A stretch of 64,000 nucleotides of DNA from Planctomycetota bacterium. GTDB taxonomy: Bacteria; Planctomycetota; UBA8108; SXIK01. Shown one piece after another: positions 9,912 to 21,533 of the stretch; the stretch's first letter is position 1; the number at the start of each line of letters is the position of its first letter. The stretch covers positions 2,592,001-2,656,000 of the forward strand of contig OZ244999.1 in the NCBI GenBank assembly GCA_965223265.1. Direction: 5' to 3'. The translations under genes were made by a program, and so were the position numbers. Below the pieces are notes generated by a model that worked only from the letters and a program-made list of their open reading frames with translations, was not told where the DNA came from and did not search any database.

Positions 9912-10754
9912 TCACTCGTTCGGGCCGATCGGGTGCGTCTCGGGAAGCGCCTCGGCGATGCCGATCACGTCATCGTCACAGGCTGGGTGGCCGAAACCGC
10001 CCGCACTGACGCCATCGGCAATGTCGAAGATGATGTTGTCGTCGCCGGTGGCGCTGACGCCGAGGGGCACGTTGTCAAGGCCAAGCCCGTCGCGGATCTT
10101 CCAGGCGACGACGTGGTCGGTGCAGGAGGTGTCGCCGCTGACGCCAATGGCGCCGACGACTTCGCCCTCTTCGTCATAGAGCGCGAGACCGCCGCCGAAA
10201 ACGTTGACGCCACCGATGCGCTCGCCCGCCATCGGATCGTTGTGCTGGCCGTAGTTTCTGGGGTTGCCGCGGTAGGCGGCATCGGTGTTGACCGGGTTAC
10301 TGAGCTGCAGGCCGAAGAGGCTGCCGCCGGGCTGGACGGCCGAGAAGAGGTTCGCCGTCGACAGCGCCAGACCTGCCGCGCCGCGCGTGTCCACCGGCAG
10401 GCTGAACGAATTGGCCGTGTTCGCCTTCTGCGCCGAGATCACGCGGCTGCCGGGCCACTGGTCGCCGCGATCGCTGCCTGAAAAGGCAACGGCGCAGACG
10501 ATGCCATCCCGATTGACGAGCGTTGCCCACATGTCGTTGGCAAGGCCGCTGCTGCCCGCTTCCTCGACGACGGCGAGAAGCACTTCGTGGAGTTCTTCAT
10601 GGCTCGGAAGACCGGCGCACGCTGCCTGCGCGTTCGCCTCAGCGGCGAAGGCCTCCTTCGTTTCGACGAGCGCGCCGCCGCCGGACGATTCGGTGCAGCC
10701 ACTGGCGACGATCCAAAGTGCCGCGAAGAGTAGTGAAGTGACAATCGTCTTCAT
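9912..10754 (-). CDS. GlcG/HbpS (DUF336) heme-binding family lipoprotein
   Basis: Lipobox-like IVASGC; ISAQKANTANSF; VFGGGLALY...VVGAIGVSGDTSCTDH matches the GlcG signature; GGAG RBS. Confidence 0.85.
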   Translation of the reverse strand: MKTIVTSLLFAALWIVASGCTESSGGGALVETKEAFAAEANAQAACAGLPSHEELHEVLLAVVEEAGSSGLANDMWATLVNRDGIVCAVAFSGSDRGDQWPGSRVISAQKANTANSFSLPVDTRGAAGLALSTANLFSAVQPGGSLFGLQLSNPVNTDAAYRGNPRNYGQHNDPMAGERIGGVNVFGGGLALYDEEGEVVGAIGVSGDTSCTDHVVAWKIRDGLGLDNVPLGVSATGDDNIIFDIADGVSAGGFGHPACDDDVIGIAEALPETHPIGPNE

Positions 10755-11011
10755 TTTTTCTCCGTTTTACATCATCTTGCTAATTACGAATGAAAAACCG
10801 CCGCGTACGCATCCCCACGACCGCGTCACGGATTCCTCCTTTCACGATCCGATGCACGTTGACCTGTGATGCCGTGCGCCCGGCTCTTGGCGCTCGGGCC
10901 GGGACGCGCACGCCGGCACTATGGCCTGAAGCGTGCTACGGCGGCCCGCCGCGACACCCGATTGTGCGTTGCCGCGAGTTTCCTCTGTTCCTTGAACCCA
11001 AACGCTAAGGT

Positions 11012-11392
11012 TTAGCGAGCGGCGGAGCGAGCATCAAGGGGTTTGCGCTCTTCTTTAGTGGTAGGAGGGGCGGTGATGTCGTCTCTTGGTGCGTCTTCGT
11101 CGGAGCTGGCTCGACGGCAGGAGAGGCCACGGCACAGCGCGGCCAAGGCTTGGATCGCGATTGCGAAGGCGCCGAGAGCGCCACCGCAGAGCACACCGGC
11201 CGTCGCGCCAAGCACGACTGCGAGTCCGGGTGGATCAACCTCCTTGTTTGGGATCGCACCGTCGAAGAGCCCCGGGGCGAGCGTGCCCGCTGCGCATCCG
11301 AAGGAGGCCCCGAGGAGCATGCCGAAAAACGCGGTGGCGGTGACCGTTGCGATCGCAGAAATCGCATTGAGCCGCACACAAGAAACCTCCAC
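11012..11392 (-). CDS. Small hypothetical membrane protein (2 TM)
   Basis: Two Gly/Ala-rich hydrophobic segments (FFGMLLGASFGCAAG; VVLGATAGVLCGGALGAFAIAI). Confidence 0.5.
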   Translation of the reverse strand: MEVSCVRLNAISAIATVTATAFFGMLLGASFGCAAGTLAPGLFDGAIPNKEVDPPGLAVVLGATAGVLCGGALGAFAIAIQALAALCRGLSCRRASSDEDAPRDDITAPPTTKEERKPLDARSAAR

Positions 11393-11646
11393 AATGGTTT
11401 CGCGCGATTGAGAGCATGACCGAGCTCTGTCCAGATCGCCGTAATCTCTTCATGATCGCCCGGGTCGATGCCGATTGCACGGCTTTCGTGCGTCGCTCGC
11501 CGCCGGCTGCAAAAGAGTGGCGTGTAAGTTCGACTCTGACCTCACTTTTCACCCGCGTCGAGGTCGCCTGTACTCAGACCGCTTGCCGCGGGAGCTCGAG
11601 GACAGCTTGCATGGCAGAACCTATGTTGGAGCATGAGGAAGTCGTT

Positions 11647-12612
11647 GTGTCGGATACAGTGAAGTTCCGTTTTTACCTGCTCGTCCGTGCCCTTTTCGTG
11701 GTGCTGCTGCCAGTCGGCGCTGCCGTTGCCGATGAGCCGGCCAGAATCCTTCAGGGCGCGAAGCGGATCGTCTTTCTTGGCGCTTCGAACACTTATTCAG
11801 GCCACTACGTCGCGCTCGTCGCCGCGCGTCTGCGACTCGAAGCAAAAACTCGTCGGATCGAGTGTGTCAACGTCGGCTTACCGAGCGAGACGGTGAGCGG
11901 CCTCTCGGAGCCGGACCATCCGTTCCCGCGGCCTGACCTGCATGAGCGTCTCGACCGGGTCCTGGCGAAGTTGCAACCAGACGTGGTGGTCGCCACCTAC
12001 GGCATGAACGATGCCATCTACTATCCGTTCAGCGCAGAGCGATTCGCTGCCTTCAAGGGCGGGATGCGGCGCCTGGTCGACAAGGTCAAACGCAGCGGCG
12101 CCAAGCTCGTGCTCTTGACACCAGCGGCGTTCGACCCCGAGCCCATGCGGCGTCAGGGAAAGCTCCGCGGCGGGGATGCGGAGAAGTTTGCCTGGTTTGC
12201 GATTTACGAAGGGTATGACACGGTGATGCGCCGCTACGCCGACTGGCTGCTGGAGCAAAAGAGCCAGGTCGACATCGTCGTCGATGTGCATAAGGCGTTC
12301 ACGACGTACCTCACCGAGGAGCGCAAGAAGGACCCAGATTTCGTTATGTCGGACGACGGTGTGCACTTCGACAAGTCGGGGCATCGAGTCGTTGCTGCGG
12401 CGGTGCTCAAAGCATGGGGCTTTTCGCCGCCAACGGCTGTCGACGAGGATCTGCTCCAGCTTGTCGCCGAAAGGCAGGAAGTCCTGCGGAACGCCTGGAT
12501 CGCGGACATCGGCCACAAACGCCCTGGAGTCAAGAAAGGACTGCCGCTCTCCGAGGCCAACGAGCGCGTCGCCGTTCTTGAGCGTCGCATCTCGTCGCTG
12601 CTCGAGCGTTGA
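11647..12612 (+). CDS. Secreted SGNH/GDSL hydrolase (esterase)
   Basis: Block I IVFLGASNT, block II NVGLPSETVSG, block III YGMND, block V DGVH; signal peptide. Start codon uncertain. Confidence 0.85.
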   Translation: MSDTVKFRFYLLVRALFVVLLPVGAAVADEPARILQGAKRIVFLGASNTYSGHYVALVAARLRLEAKTRRIECVNVGLPSETVSGLSEPDHPFPRPDLHERLDRVLAKLQPDVVVATYGMNDAIYYPFSAERFAAFKGGMRRLVDKVKRSGAKLVLLTPAAFDPEPMRRQGKLRGGDAEKFAWFAIYEGYDTVMRRYADWLLEQKSQVDIVVDVHKAFTTYLTEERKKDPDFVMSDDGVHFDKSGHRVVAAAVLKAWGFSPPTAVDEDLLQLVAERQEVLRNAWIADIGHKRPGVKKGLPLSEANERVAVLERRISSLLER

Positions 12613-12661
12613 CGACGTGTCGCATTGACAGCGTGGCGCGCTTCAGCTCCGGCTCCGGCCT

Positions 12662-13534
12662 CTACGACCCCCGGCTCTCTTTGCTGCTCTTCTTGCTTTT
12701 CTTTCTCTTCTTCTTTTTCGTCTTCGACTTGGCCTTGTCGCGGGTGATCATTTTTTCTCCGATCTGTTGCTCGACCCACTTCGGATCCAGCTTGCCTTCG
12801 ATGACCACCTTGAAAACAAAGCTCTGAACGGAACCGTTCCAGCAGAGGCCCACATTACCAGTGGCGCCGGACTTGCTGAGAAACCGCGACTCCTCCGTCT
12901 TCGCTACAGGTTTTTGACGACGTGTCGATTCGAGCGACTTCGCCGTCAGTCGAAACCCAAACGAAAGACGTTTGTTCGAGATCAGCTTTGGCTCCTTCGC
13001 TGGCATCGGCTTGCAGGCGTGTCGACGCCCGCGAAGGCTCACGAATTGACGCCCGGCGTTCGTCCCGACGCTGCGTTTCGTCTTGCTATCGCGATAGACC
13101 GCGGCCAAGAAGGTCCCTGGGCGAAAAGAGCTGACGTGCATGACGTTGACATCGCAGCGGACTTTCCTCAGAAAGCGAGCCTTGTGGTACCACTCGCCGA
13201 AGTCGCTGACGATGATTCCATTCTCGATAAAAATGCCACCTTCTCCCTCTCGCGCCCACCGGACACGAGACTTCGTCTTTTCGATGCTGGGGATCCAGTC
13301 GTACGTCAGCGAGTCGGTTTCCGACTCGAAGTTATAGACTAGGTGAAGATTTCCATTGCTGAGAAAACGCTTTTTGCTGGCATCGAAGAGCTTGAGGATC
13401 GTCGCTTGCTGCTCGCGCAGTCGGGCTGACTTTGATTTCTTTTTCTTCGCCTCAACGTCTCCGATTGGAGTGACGAGAGCGGCGAGCACGGCAATCACGC
13501 AGAGACCCCAGCGCAACTCTCTATGTGGCTTCAT
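12662..13534 (-). CDS. Secreted, very Lys/Arg-rich hypothetical protein
   Basis: GGGGAG RBS; signal peptide ending VEA; beta-rich core; poly-Lys segments at both ends of the mature chain. Confidence 0.7.
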   Translation of the reverse strand: MKPHRELRWGLCVIAVLAALVTPIGDVEAKKKKSKSARLREQQATILKLFDASKKRFLSNGNLHLVYNFESETDSLTYDWIPSIEKTKSRVRWAREGEGGIFIENGIIVSDFGEWYHKARFLRKVRCDVNVMHVSSFRPGTFLAAVYRDSKTKRSVGTNAGRQFVSLRGRRHACKPMPAKEPKLISNKRLSFGFRLTAKSLESTRRQKPVAKTEESRFLSKSGATGNVGLCWNGSVQSFVFKVVIEGKLDPKWVEQQIGEKMITRDKAKSKTKKKKRKKSKKSSKESRGS

Positions 13535-13847
13535 GGCAACCTCCCCGTAGCACGTCGTCAGCACCACTTGATCGGCGGCGTGCGTGGGCCGCCAATTCCA
13601 TGGATTCTATCGTATGAGCACCTTTGCCGGACTGCAAGCGGCGGCGTGGGACGCTCCAGGCGCGCAGCCGTCTGCGCGTGAGGAAGCGCTGGGAAAGCGA
13701 TCGTTTTTTAGGGTGATCAGCGAGTCCATCTGCTACAACAGAGGCATGTTTGGGCGGGCAAGTCGTTGTTCTTGTTGGCAGCGCACCGGAGACGACTCTG
13801 GGCAGGCTGTCCGAGTTTTTCAGAGTCCTTCCTGAGGAGGAAAAAGG

Positions 13848-15629
<1,782 letters not shown>

Positions 15630-15665
15630 CACTAAGCTAAGAGTCGAGCGGCTCGTAGTGAACGT

Positions 15666-15714
15666 AGCCCCGCCTCGGTGCACCTCGTAGTGCACTGGGG
15701 CGGGGCTTTTTTTT
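15666..15714 (+). terminator. Rho-independent terminator
   Basis: Stem AGCCCCGCCTCGGTGCAC / GTGCACTGGGGCGGGGCT followed by a T8 tract, ~37 nt after the stop codon at 15629. Confidence 0.85.
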
Positions 15715-15739
15715 CGGCGAACTGGCCCGTCCGGTTCGC

Positions 15740-16657
15740 TCATTCATCGGGCGTTTCCGCTGTCGGCGTTGGGTAGCCGTCGGAGTAGGAGTTGCTGGCA
15801 ACGGCCTCGACTGCCCACAGCAGATCGTTTCCTGAGATGAGACCAATCGCGTCGATTTCGTTCCAGCCGTCGACTCGATTGGTGTCGAGAGTGACCCGCA
15901 GCCCAACAGCCGGCACGCCGCCGCCGAAGTCGATTTCGAAGTCCCCGGGGCTTTCGGTGGTCGGGTCATCGCCCTCCCACACCGTGTGGTAATTGCCGCT
16001 GGCATCGATCGCTTCGACACGCACGACGGCGCCTGGGTTGTACGTCTCGCGAATCAGCGCTCCGTTGGCGACGACGCTGCGATCATATCCTACCTCGATC
16101 CACTGTTCCCCGGAGTTCCCGCCCTGTGTCGTCCAGGCAGTGGGCAGATCACCGTTCTCGAACGTGTCCGGCTCCCCGAGCACTTGGTTGGCGCTCCAGT
16201 GCAGCTCTCCGGGGTTGCTGCCGGTCATGGTCCGAGGTGGCGCGGAACGGCCAGTGAACGTCATCGTGCCAGATCGTGCCGCCTCAAACTCCCCAACCAG
16301 CCGGCCCAGCTTCTCATCCATCTCGGCGAGCAGGGCCTCAATCTCTCCCACCGAAAAGTCGTCGCTGGCAGGATCTTCGTTTTGATCTCCACCGGAAGCC
16401 TCCCGACCGTCCGGCTCGTGGAGGCTTCGCGTACCCGCTTGTCGCGCGGCGGTCGTCCGCAGTTCCGCCAACAACTCCGTGGTTTGATCCTGTTTCGCCT
16501 GCATCAGAGCGTCCAGCTTCCGTTCGAGGCGATCAAGTCGCGCTCCTATGTCGTCGCTTGGTTGTTCAGCGCGCTGCGTCTTCCAAAGGACGACGCCAAG
16601 GAGCAGAGTCGCCACGAGAGCTGTGGACCAGACGAGTGGCTGCGTTCTGAGCGCCAT
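15740..16657 (-). CDS. Membrane-anchored protein: N-terminal TM, coiled coil, galactose-binding-like (pappalysin/FBXL4-type) jelly-roll domain
   Basis: WSANQVLGEPDT..GD..TAW...EQWIEVGY...IRETYNPGAVVRVEA...VRVTLDT-like..GWNEIDAIGL; GAGG RBS. Confidence 0.7.
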   Translation of the reverse strand: MALRTQPLVWSTALVATLLLGVVLWKTQRAEQPSDDIGARLDRLERKLDALMQAKQDQTTELLAELRTTAARQAGTRSLHEPDGREASGGDQNEDPASDDFSVGEIEALLAEMDEKLGRLVGEFEAARSGTMTFTGRSAPPRTMTGSNPGELHWSANQVLGEPDTFENGDLPTAWTTQGGNSGEQWIEVGYDRSVVANGALIRETYNPGAVVRVEAIDASGNYHTVWEGDDPTTESPGDFEIDFGGGVPAVGLRVTLDTNRVDGWNEIDAIGLISGNDLLWAVEAVASNSYSDGYPTPTAETPDE

Positions 16658-16720
16658 GAAGGCCTCCTCTCAACGAGTTTGGTGTCCTTGAGTGGTCAGA
16701 CTTTCAACCGCCGATTCAAT

Positions 16721-16889
16721 TTAACAGCCTGCCTGAAAAAGTCATTCGGCCGAGAAACCGGCCTCTTCACGCCCAGCTCGACCGCGTCAATACTCGAAAA
16801 TCTCGGAGATTACCTGCGTTTGCCGCGGCCGATCTGGACGCGAAGAGACCAGTTTTCGGCTCGAAGCACTTTTTCAGGCAGGCTGTTAG
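16721..16889. mobile_element. MITE-like non-autonomous element, copy 1 (intact)
   Basis: Terminal inverted repeats TAACAGCCTGCCTGAAAAAGT / ACTTTTTCAGGCAGGCTGTTA; near-identical to 41972-42139; no transposase. Confidence 0.85.
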
Positions 16890-17000
16890 CCGCCGACAAC
16901 TCGATCTCGTAGTCCTTCCAAGATAAGATCTGATGCGCTGTCGCACCGCTGCTGTGAGGTCGCGGCGTTGTCCGACGACAGAGCTCAGATGGAGACCACG

Positions 17001-18014
17001 ATGGCAGGCACATCCAGTACACGTCTTTCCGGGCTCCGAGAGCAGGATCGAGAGTTCTTCGACCGCGAGCTTGCCTCCTTTCTGCCGGAGCGCGTTTTTG
17101 ACGCCCACACGCATCTCTTTCTTCACGCCGATGTTGGCTGGAAGATCGCGGGCTCTGATCGCGACGTGGGACTCGCAGAGTATCTCGATCTGAGCGAGGA
17201 TCTCCATCCCGGCCGCCAAAAAGCCGCATTGTTCATACCGTTTGCTACTCCGGAGCAGCCCGAGCGACGCATACGAGCCAACGAGTGGGTAGCCGAGCAG
17301 ATCCGTGGCCAGTCCGCCTTTCGAGGCCTCTTCTTTATCACGCCGCAGGACGACCCCGAGTGGGTGCGAGCGCAAGTGCGCCGACTGGGCCTCGTGGGTC
17401 TGAAGTGCTATCACACCTACGCTGCGGTGACACCGACGTGGGAGGCCGCGATCCCGGAGTTTCTTCCCGAGCCGATCGTCAAGGTGGCGCACGAGGAAGG
17501 CTGGGTGATTACACTGCACATGGTGAAGCGGCGTGCCGCCGCGGATCCGGAGAACATTCACTGGATCCGGCACTACTGCGAACGCTACCCTGGCATGAAG
17601 CTGATCCTGGCGCACTCAGCGCGCGGGTTTCAACCAGCGCACAACCTGGAAGGCTTGCCCCAGCTCGCTGGCCTCGACAATCTCTACTTCGACACCAGCG
17701 TTAACTGCGAGCCGGTCGCGCACCAGGCGATCATTCGTCATTTTGGCCACGAGAAGCTTCTCTATGGAACGGACCTTCCCGTTAGCCATGAGCGGGGGCG
17801 GTCCCTGGCGGCGGCGGACTCGTTCGTCTGGCTCTACGAAGCGACACCGGTTTGGGGCGAGCGACATCTGAAGATTGACCCGGTGCTCGTGGGGCTCGAG
17901 CACCTGAGATCGATCAAGTGGGCTTGCTGGTCGGAGCGCCTTTCCGATGGTCAGGTCGAGGACATCTTCTGGAACAACGCCGCCGCTTTGTTGGGCGTCG
18001 AAGCCATAAAATGA
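17001..18014 (+). CDS. Amidohydrolase family protein (Amidohydro_2, possible lactonase/decarboxylase)
   Basis: VFDAHTH metal motif; GLKCYH; ITLHM; LILAHSARG; LYFDTS; LLYGTDLP; IFWNNAAALL. Confidence 0.88.
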   Translation: MAGTSSTRLSGLREQDREFFDRELASFLPERVFDAHTHLFLHADVGWKIAGSDRDVGLAEYLDLSEDLHPGRQKAALFIPFATPEQPERRIRANEWVAEQIRGQSAFRGLFFITPQDDPEWVRAQVRRLGLVGLKCYHTYAAVTPTWEAAIPEFLPEPIVKVAHEEGWVITLHMVKRRAAADPENIHWIRHYCERYPGMKLILAHSARGFQPAHNLEGLPQLAGLDNLYFDTSVNCEPVAHQAIIRHFGHEKLLYGTDLPVSHERGRSLAAADSFVWLYEATPVWGERHLKIDPVLVGLEHLRSIKWACWSERLSDGQVEDIFWNNAAALLGVEAIK

Positions 18015-18097
18015 TCGCTTGAGTCGGTGCTGCGATTGCATGAGCGGTTGTATCAATGAGTGAATGACCGAGGCTGCGTCGACGGACGAAGGACACC

Positions 18098-18853
18098 ATG
18101 ACCAACGAATTTCACGATCGTGTTGCGCTTGTCACTGGGGGATCGAGAGGTATCGGCCGCGCTATCGCTCTGCGTCTAGCGCTTGAAGGAAGCCACGTCG
18201 CCGTCAGTTATGCCAATCGTCGGGAGCCCGCCGCAGAAGTCGTGCGGGAGATCGAGGCGCTCGGGCGGCGTGCGGTCGACGTCCGCTGTGATGTGTCCCA
18301 GCCCGATCAGGTCGAAGCGATGGTTTCCCTGACGCGCTCGAAGCTCGGCCCTGTCGATTTTCTCGTTCACTCCGGCGCGATTTCTTCGGTGAGCGATCAC
18401 AACGAGCTCACGCTCGACGAGTGGAAACGAATGATTGACGTCAACCTCACGGGAACTTTTCTCGTCGTTCGAGCCGTGAAGGACGAGATGGTGGAGCGCG
18501 GCTATGGTCGAATCGTCGTGCTCGCTTCGGTCGCAGGACTGAGAGGGCGGGCGCACCAGGCTGCCTACTCCGCGTCGAAAGCTGGAGTGATCGCGCTGAC
18601 TCGGTGCTGGTCCGATGGCTTGGCACCGCACAACGTACGCTTCAATGCGATTGCGCCTGGCCTCATCGAGACGGAGATGGTGCACACTCTTTCGGACGAA
18701 GAGATTGCCGAAAAGGTGAGTCAGACACCGCTTGGCCGGATTGGCGAGCCGGATGACATCGCCGGCCTGGCACGTTTCCTTCTCAGCGATGACTCTAACT
18801 TCATCAGTGGTCAAACGCTCGTCGCCAGTGGTGGGCGGGTGCATTTGCCTTGA
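18098..18853 (+). CDS. Short-chain dehydrogenase/reductase (FabG-like)
   Basis: VALVTGGSRGIG; YSASKAG (YxxxK); NAIAPGLIET. Confidence 0.92.
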   Translation: MTNEFHDRVALVTGGSRGIGRAIALRLALEGSHVAVSYANRREPAAEVVREIEALGRRAVDVRCDVSQPDQVEAMVSLTRSKLGPVDFLVHSGAISSVSDHNELTLDEWKRMIDVNLTGTFLVVRAVKDEMVERGYGRIVVLASVAGLRGRAHQAAYSASKAGVIALTRCWSDGLAPHNVRFNAIAPGLIETEMVHTLSDEEIAEKVSQTPLGRIGEPDDIAGLARFLLSDDSNFISGQTLVASGGRVHLP

Positions 18854-18855
18854 TC

Positions 18856-19755
18856 ATGCCGCGAGACAGAGACCAAAGTCGGCAGATACCGGGCGTCGAC
18901 AGGAACTACCGTGCCAGCGGCGAGCACATCCAGCAGTCGGCAGTGGCATGGTGTTTCGCTCTCACCGATGACGGCAGCCCAGCAATGACTGCCTCAGAGC
19001 TCGCCAGCCTCGCGAAGCGACTTGGCATGAAGTCTGTCGAGATGGTGCCACCGGAGAGCTTCGGGACCATTCGCGCCGCCGGTCTTGACTGCGCCTTGGC
19101 ACCGATCGACATGAGCCCCGATCCTCCGTTCGTCAAAGGATTCAACAACCCTGCGTATCAAACTCAAGTCATTGAGGCAACACGCGAGTCCATCGATGCG
19201 TGCGCCGCCTTCGGATTCCCGGCGGTGATCGCCTTCACTGGCTACAACGCGGTCGACGTCGATGATCCGGCCAGCGGCCTCATTTCTCGCGACGAGGGTC
19301 TAACCCATTGCGTTCACGGGTTGAAGAAGATTGTCGGCTACGCGGAGGAGAAGGGGGTTGCTCTCATGCTCGAAATGCTGAACAGCCGTGATGCGTCGCA
19401 CCCCATGAAAGGCCACCCGGGCTACCAAGGCGATGACCTTGAGTACTGCGTGGAGGTGATCAAGAGGGTCGGATCCCCGAACCTCAAACTACTCTTCGAC
19501 ATCTATCATGTACAAATCATGCACGGAGATGTGATCCGGCGGATCGAGGAGCTTCAAGAGTTCATCGGGCACTATCACACTGCGGGCGTGCCCGGACGCG
19601 GTGAGCTCGATGATCAGCAGGAGCTCAACTACGGAGCGATCATGCGAGCCATCGTCGCTACCGGATACGACGGCTACGTCGGGCAAGAGTTTATTCCGAC
19701 GTGGGGGGACAAAGTGGCCTCATTGGCACATGCCGTGAAAGTTTGCGACGTCTAA
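18856..19755 (+). CDS. Hydroxypyruvate isomerase-like TIM-barrel protein
   Basis: LEMLNSRD..HPMKGHPGYQGD; KLLFDIYHVQIMHGD; GHYHTAGVPGRGEL; GYDGYVGQEFIP. Confidence 0.88.
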   Translation: MPRDRDQSRQIPGVDRNYRASGEHIQQSAVAWCFALTDDGSPAMTASELASLAKRLGMKSVEMVPPESFGTIRAAGLDCALAPIDMSPDPPFVKGFNNPAYQTQVIEATRESIDACAAFGFPAVIAFTGYNAVDVDDPASGLISRDEGLTHCVHGLKKIVGYAEEKGVALMLEMLNSRDASHPMKGHPGYQGDDLEYCVEVIKRVGSPNLKLLFDIYHVQIMHGDVIRRIEELQEFIGHYHTAGVPGRGELDDQQELNYGAIMRAIVATGYDGYVGQEFIPTWGDKVASLAHAVKVCDV

Positions 19756-19943
19756 GCGAGTCACACGGCGCTGTGATCGGAAGCATCGCAGAGAATATGT
19801 ACGACTCGGCGGAGATTTATACGCCCGGTCGATTGCTACTCCACTTGTTCAGAAAGTGGCGCTTCTTCACTTCACTTAGAGTTTGGCCGTTTCGTGTCGG
19901 CGCGGAAAGGTTCGCCACGATCCACTGCTCCTTCGCACCCAAG

Positions 19944-21293
19944 CTACACCTTGTCTGGCTCCGGGTGCACCCATGGTTGGCGGTATGGTCGCCGCAGCAA
20001 TCGGTTGGCTTCCGCATCGCCCGCGATCTGACCACCGGCAACATCCCAGGCCAGCGTACGGCCAAGCTGCATTGACAGGTTCGCAAGGATGCAGCTGGTG
20101 CTAGAAATGAAACCCTCTTCGACGTCCGCTACAGGTCGTCCTCGAGTCGCAATCGCATCGAGGAAGTTTTGCTGGTGGCGGCGATTTGCAGGCGCGGTGT
20201 CGGCGTCGAGGCCTTTCTCTTTCTGGTCTTGCGGAAACTTGTCGAACTCACGCAGGATTTCACCGCGAATCGACTTCCCGTCCCCATGCGGTATGAAATC
20301 CCAACTGTTGACGCTCGCTTTCAGTGTCCCCTTGTCGCCGTAAATGAACGCTGCCCATGGGTACTCTGGGTCGGGTGCGTGCCCCCAACTGCGATGGGTC
20401 CAGACGACGTCGTAGTCGTCGAACTCGAAGGTGGCCACTTGGGTGTCAGGGATGTTCGCACGACTCTTCTTGTCGACGAGAATTCCTCCCGACGAGGAAA
20501 TGCGTCGCGGCCAACGAAGGTCGAGCATCCAACGCACCATGTCAAGCATATGGACGCACATGTCCCCCATGATGCCGTTGCCGTATTCGACGAACGCGCG
20601 CCAACGCAGCGGATGGACGAGTGAGTTGAAAGGTCGCATGGGCGCCGGCCCCGTCCACATCTCGTAGTCGAGGTGCGGCGGTGGTGCCGTGTCCGCCGGC
20701 GCTTCACTGGCTCGCATGTGATAGTAGCAGCAGATCTCTACATGGCCGATCGTCCCGAGACGCCCGGACTTGATGATTTCGTCAACGGCGCGCACGAGGT
20801 GCGGCGTGCTGCGGCGCTGCGTGCCGATCTGAACGACGCGCCCGTGCTTGCGTGCCGCCGCCAGGATTGCCTGACCTTCGACTACGTCGACGCTGATCGG
20901 CTTTTGCAGATAAACGTCGGCGCCGGCCTGCATCGCGGCGATCGCGGGCAGCGCGTGCCAATGATCCGGCGTTCCTACGATCACGATGTCGAGGTCCTTC
21001 TCCTTGAGCATGTCGCGATAGTCGGAGTAGGTACGCGGGCGATTGCGGCTTTGGTGCCACCCCGAGGCACGCGTTGCGGCTTCGTCCAGCATTTTTGAAT
21101 CGACGTCACAAAGCGAGACGACCTCCACAGGTGCCATCTGCGTGAGCGCGTAGAGGTCTGTCTTGCCGTACCAACCGCAGCCGATGAGTCCGACGCGTTT
21201 GGAGTTTTCCTTGCCGGCAGCGAACGCACGTTGACCCAGAGTCGAGTACGCCGCTGCGGCGATGCTCGTGCGAAGGAATTCGCGACGCTTCAT
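19944..21293 (-). CDS. Tat-exported Gfo/Idh/MocA family oxidoreductase
   Basis: MKRREFL Tat signal; VGLIGCGWYG; VGTPDHWHA; DVYLQKP; QIGTQRRS; GDMCVHMLD. Confidence 0.92.
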   Translation of the reverse strand: MKRREFLRTSIAAAAYSTLGQRAFAAGKENSKRVGLIGCGWYGKTDLYALTQMAPVEVVSLCDVDSKMLDEAATRASGWHQSRNRPRTYSDYRDMLKEKDLDIVIVGTPDHWHALPAIAAMQAGADVYLQKPISVDVVEGQAILAAARKHGRVVQIGTQRRSTPHLVRAVDEIIKSGRLGTIGHVEICCYYHMRASEAPADTAPPPHLDYEMWTGPAPMRPFNSLVHPLRWRAFVEYGNGIMGDMCVHMLDMVRWMLDLRWPRRISSSGGILVDKKSRANIPDTQVATFEFDDYDVVWTHRSWGHAPDPEYPWAAFIYGDKGTLKASVNSWDFIPHGDGKSIRGEILREFDKFPQDQKEKGLDADTAPANRRHQQNFLDAIATRGRPVADVEEGFISSTSCILANLSMQLGRTLAWDVAGGQIAGDAEANRLLRRPYRQPWVHPEPDKV

Positions 21294-21533
21294 AAGTCAG
21301 TGTCCTTTCTCTGTTTTCGTGTTCAAGCCGATCTCGTCTGGCCTGAGTGCGATGTTATGGTATCCGGGGTGTGGCCGCGAAGTCGCCTGCGTGGCAGAGG
21401 AAAACCACGCCTGTCGCGAAAAAGGTCCAAACAAATGCGCCGGCCTGGCCGTCTAGAGGTTGTGGGCACGAAGTCGGGGCGAGCGAACCGCGTCAATGAA
21501 CCATCGTTCGAAGTTGTAGTGAGAGCGTAGACC

